Virus record (IMG/VR): IMGVR_UViG_3300020392_000017
Location: 1-60,134 of that record
Source of the DNA: a virus
Lineage: Duplodnaviria; Caudoviricetes
Length of the DNA stretch: 60,134 nt
Direction: 5' to 3' (one strand)
Below are positions 58,525 to 60,134 of this stretch, one piece after another. The stretch's first letter is position 1, and each line of letters opens with the position of its first letter. The notes beneath the pieces are model-generated. The model was not told where the DNA came from. It saw only the letters and a program-made list of their open reading frames with translations, and did not search any database. The translations under genes and the position numbers were made by a program.

Positions 58525-58712
58525 AACTATTCAGAAGAAGTACAAAGCGTAGAAAATTATTCGGTATATGTGGAGGTTTAGCAGAATACACTAACACAGA
58601 TCCATTGTTATGGAGGTTCATGGCTATAATCTTATTCTTTATACCTTATGTTCCAGTAGTAGTACTCTACATAATTCTAACATTTTTAACAGAAGAAGAT
58701 GGCATTCAATAA
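58521..58712 (+). CDS. PspC-domain membrane protein
   Basis: KLFR....RKLFGICGGLAEY...DP...R followed by a TM segment. Confidence 0.85.
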   Translation: MKLFRRSTKRRKLFGICGGLAEYTNTDPLLWRFMAIILFFIPYVPVVVLYIILTFLTEEDGIQ

Positions 58713-58995
58713 TCTTAAATTTACAAAACATAGAAACGGCTCAGGTTATCAGTCACTACACAAGTTTGATAATGGTTACACTCTATCAGTAGTATGTGGC
58801 GAGTATTATTATTGTACTCCTAAATTAAGTTTACCAGAAGCTAATAGATATTCTAGTTTCGAGATTGCAGTTTTAGATAAAGAAGATAATTTCTGTACAA
58901 AAGACTTTGTTAAAGTTGAAGACCAAGTTGCAGGTTGGATTAGCAGAGAAAAAATCACAGAAGTTATGGAACAAATTGAAAAGCTACCAGTATAA
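58699..58995 (+). CDS. Hypothetical phage protein
   Basis: FDNGYTLSVV...FEIAVL...VAGW. Confidence 0.6.
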   Translation: MAFNNLKFTKHRNGSGYQSLHKFDNGYTLSVVCGEYYYCTPKLSLPEANRYSSFEIAVLDKEDNFCTKDFVKVEDQVAGWISREKITEVMEQIEKLPV

Positions 58996-59013
58996 AGCAC
59001 AAACATTTAAACT

Positions 59014-59205
59014 ATGACAAAGGCAAAGATTGTACAGAGGTTATTAGATAAAAAGCATATCAATGCAGAAGAGGCTGTTATCTTGTTAAAAGAAGAAACT
59101 ACAACCTACCCTTATTGGACAACCAACCCTTATTTTCCAGAAGGTCCTACTCCAGACCATACTCCCCCTCCAGTCTGGTTTCAGAATTCTACACTAGACA
59201 AATAA
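59014..59205 (+). CDS. Small hypothetical protein
   Basis: 63 aa ORF with an A-rich upstream region. Confidence 0.55.
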   Translation: MTKAKIVQRLLDKKHINAEEAVILLKEETTTYPYWTTNPYFPEGPTPDHTPPPVWFQNSTLDK

Positions 59206-59223
59206 TTCTATAACATAATTTTA

Positions 59224-59376
59224 ATGAATAAGTCGAGCAAGCCTTTCGAGGCCCAAGACGACGACATTAACCGTCGTAAGAAGCTTCAGTTCAAAAAGAA
59301 GAAGATGAAGCAGAGAGAACCTAAGTTTAACTACAAGGACATTCGTTCAATTGAAGACATCGATGATTACGAATAA
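59224..59376 (+). CDS. Small basic/acidic hypothetical protein
   Basis: 50 aa ORF MNKSSKPF...EDIDDYE, absent from the ORF track. Confidence 0.5.
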   Translation: MNKSSKPFEAQDDDINRRKKLQFKKKKMKQREPKFNYKDIRSIEDIDDYE

Positions 59377-59428
59377 ACCCAATACAAATAACGACCATAT
59401 CTATTGGGAAGACAGTTGGAATTTGTGT

Positions 59429-59456
59429 GAAACAAATGATGCAAAAGAGCTATAAT
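59429..59456 (+). promoter_or_regulatory. Class II promoter GAAAC-N17-TATAAT
   Basis: Recurrent motif. Confidence 0.7.
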
Positions 59457-59472
59457 AATTAAATCAGTTATT

Positions 59473-60134
59473 ATGCCAGAGTTAGCGGAACTCAAATTCA
59501 CATCAGACTACGTCAATCAAGTATCGGAAGGTATGACTTATATTGGAGTTAAAAAGAACCCCATTCATAAGTGTGAAGATATTGACCAAGAGTATTTCAA
59601 CAATCAAGAATTTACTATTACTTCAGAATCTAGAGGTAAAGAGATGATTCTTACTATGGAAAGAAACCAGGTACAAATGCCTATTCAATTTACGATGGGT
59701 ATGACTGGTCATTTCAAAGTTACAAATACTGGCCAAGAGCCAAAACACACTCACCTATTTTTCTACAGATCAGATGGTACTACACTTTGTTTTGTAGATG
59801 TTAGACGTTTCGGTAAGTGGAAAGTAGCTCAAGCTTGGAATACTAAGAGAGGACCAGATCCAACGACAGAATACAAAGCATTCTGGGACAATGTGATGAC
59901 TAACTTGACAAAACTGAAGAAACCACTCTATGAAATGTTGATGGACCAAAAATACTTCAACGGTATTGGTAACTATCTAAGAGCAGAAATAATTTTTAGA
60001 GCAGGTGACGTTGACCCATTTCTTCCAGCAGGAATGCAGTTCGCTAAATATCCAAAACTATTAGACCTATGTAGAGATATTCCACTTCTAGCCTATGCAA
60101 AAGGTGGTGGTGCAATCAAAGACTGGGATAATCC
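59473..60134 (+). CDS. Fpg/Nei-family DNA glycosylase, NEIL1-like (3'-truncated by the window)
   Basis: MPELAE, SRGKE, MGMTG, LCFVDVRRFG, H2TH motif LMDQKYFNGIGNYLRAE. Confidence 0.9.
   Translation, partial: MPELAELKFTSDYVNQVSEGMTYIGVKKNPIHKCEDIDQEYFNNQEFTITSESRGKEMILTMERNQVQMPIQFTMGMTGHFKVTNTGQEPKHTHLFFYRSDGTTLCFVDVRRFGKWKVAQAWNTKRGPDPTTEYKAFWDNVMTNLTKLKKPLYEMLMDQKYFNGIGNYLRAEIIFRAGDVDPFLPAGMQFAKYPKLLDLCRDIPLLAYAKGGGAIKDWDN

Noticed and set aside
443-59006. Numerous short minus-strand and alternate-frame ORFs in the track
   Set aside because: They lie within well-supported genes and have no recognisable motifs or expression signals.

Overview
60 kb segment of a large T4-like (myovirus) bacteriophage genome. 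It is AT-rich and almost entirely + strand. The host is probably Bacteroidota: start regions are A-rich and mostly lack Shine-Dalgarno sites, there is a TAnnTTTG-type promoter, and there is a beta-barrel OMP gene. Contents in order: (i) 1-8.1 kb, putative capsid-packaged internal proteins with T4-type capsid-targeting or cleavage motifs, including two RNA-ligase-like domains and a HIGH-family nucleotidyltransferase; (ii) 9-13.3 kb, a DNA base-hypermodification cluster (amino acid:DNA transferase-like, PLP enzyme, SGNH-like protein, dUTPase/dCTPase); (iii) replication and recombination genes, with a split family-B polymerase whose halves flank nrdB/nrdA, a CCA-adding enzyme, an OMP and a probable clamp; (iv) T4-like late sigma, head, terminase, neck, tail and tape-measure genes; (v) small accessory genes and a truncated NEIL1-like glycosylase. 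Three promoter classes are directly readable. The most unusual signal is a three-hairpin element after nrdA that carries sequence complementary to the conserved 23S rRNA helix 69-71 region. All protein assignments come from motif recognition by eye, not database searches.
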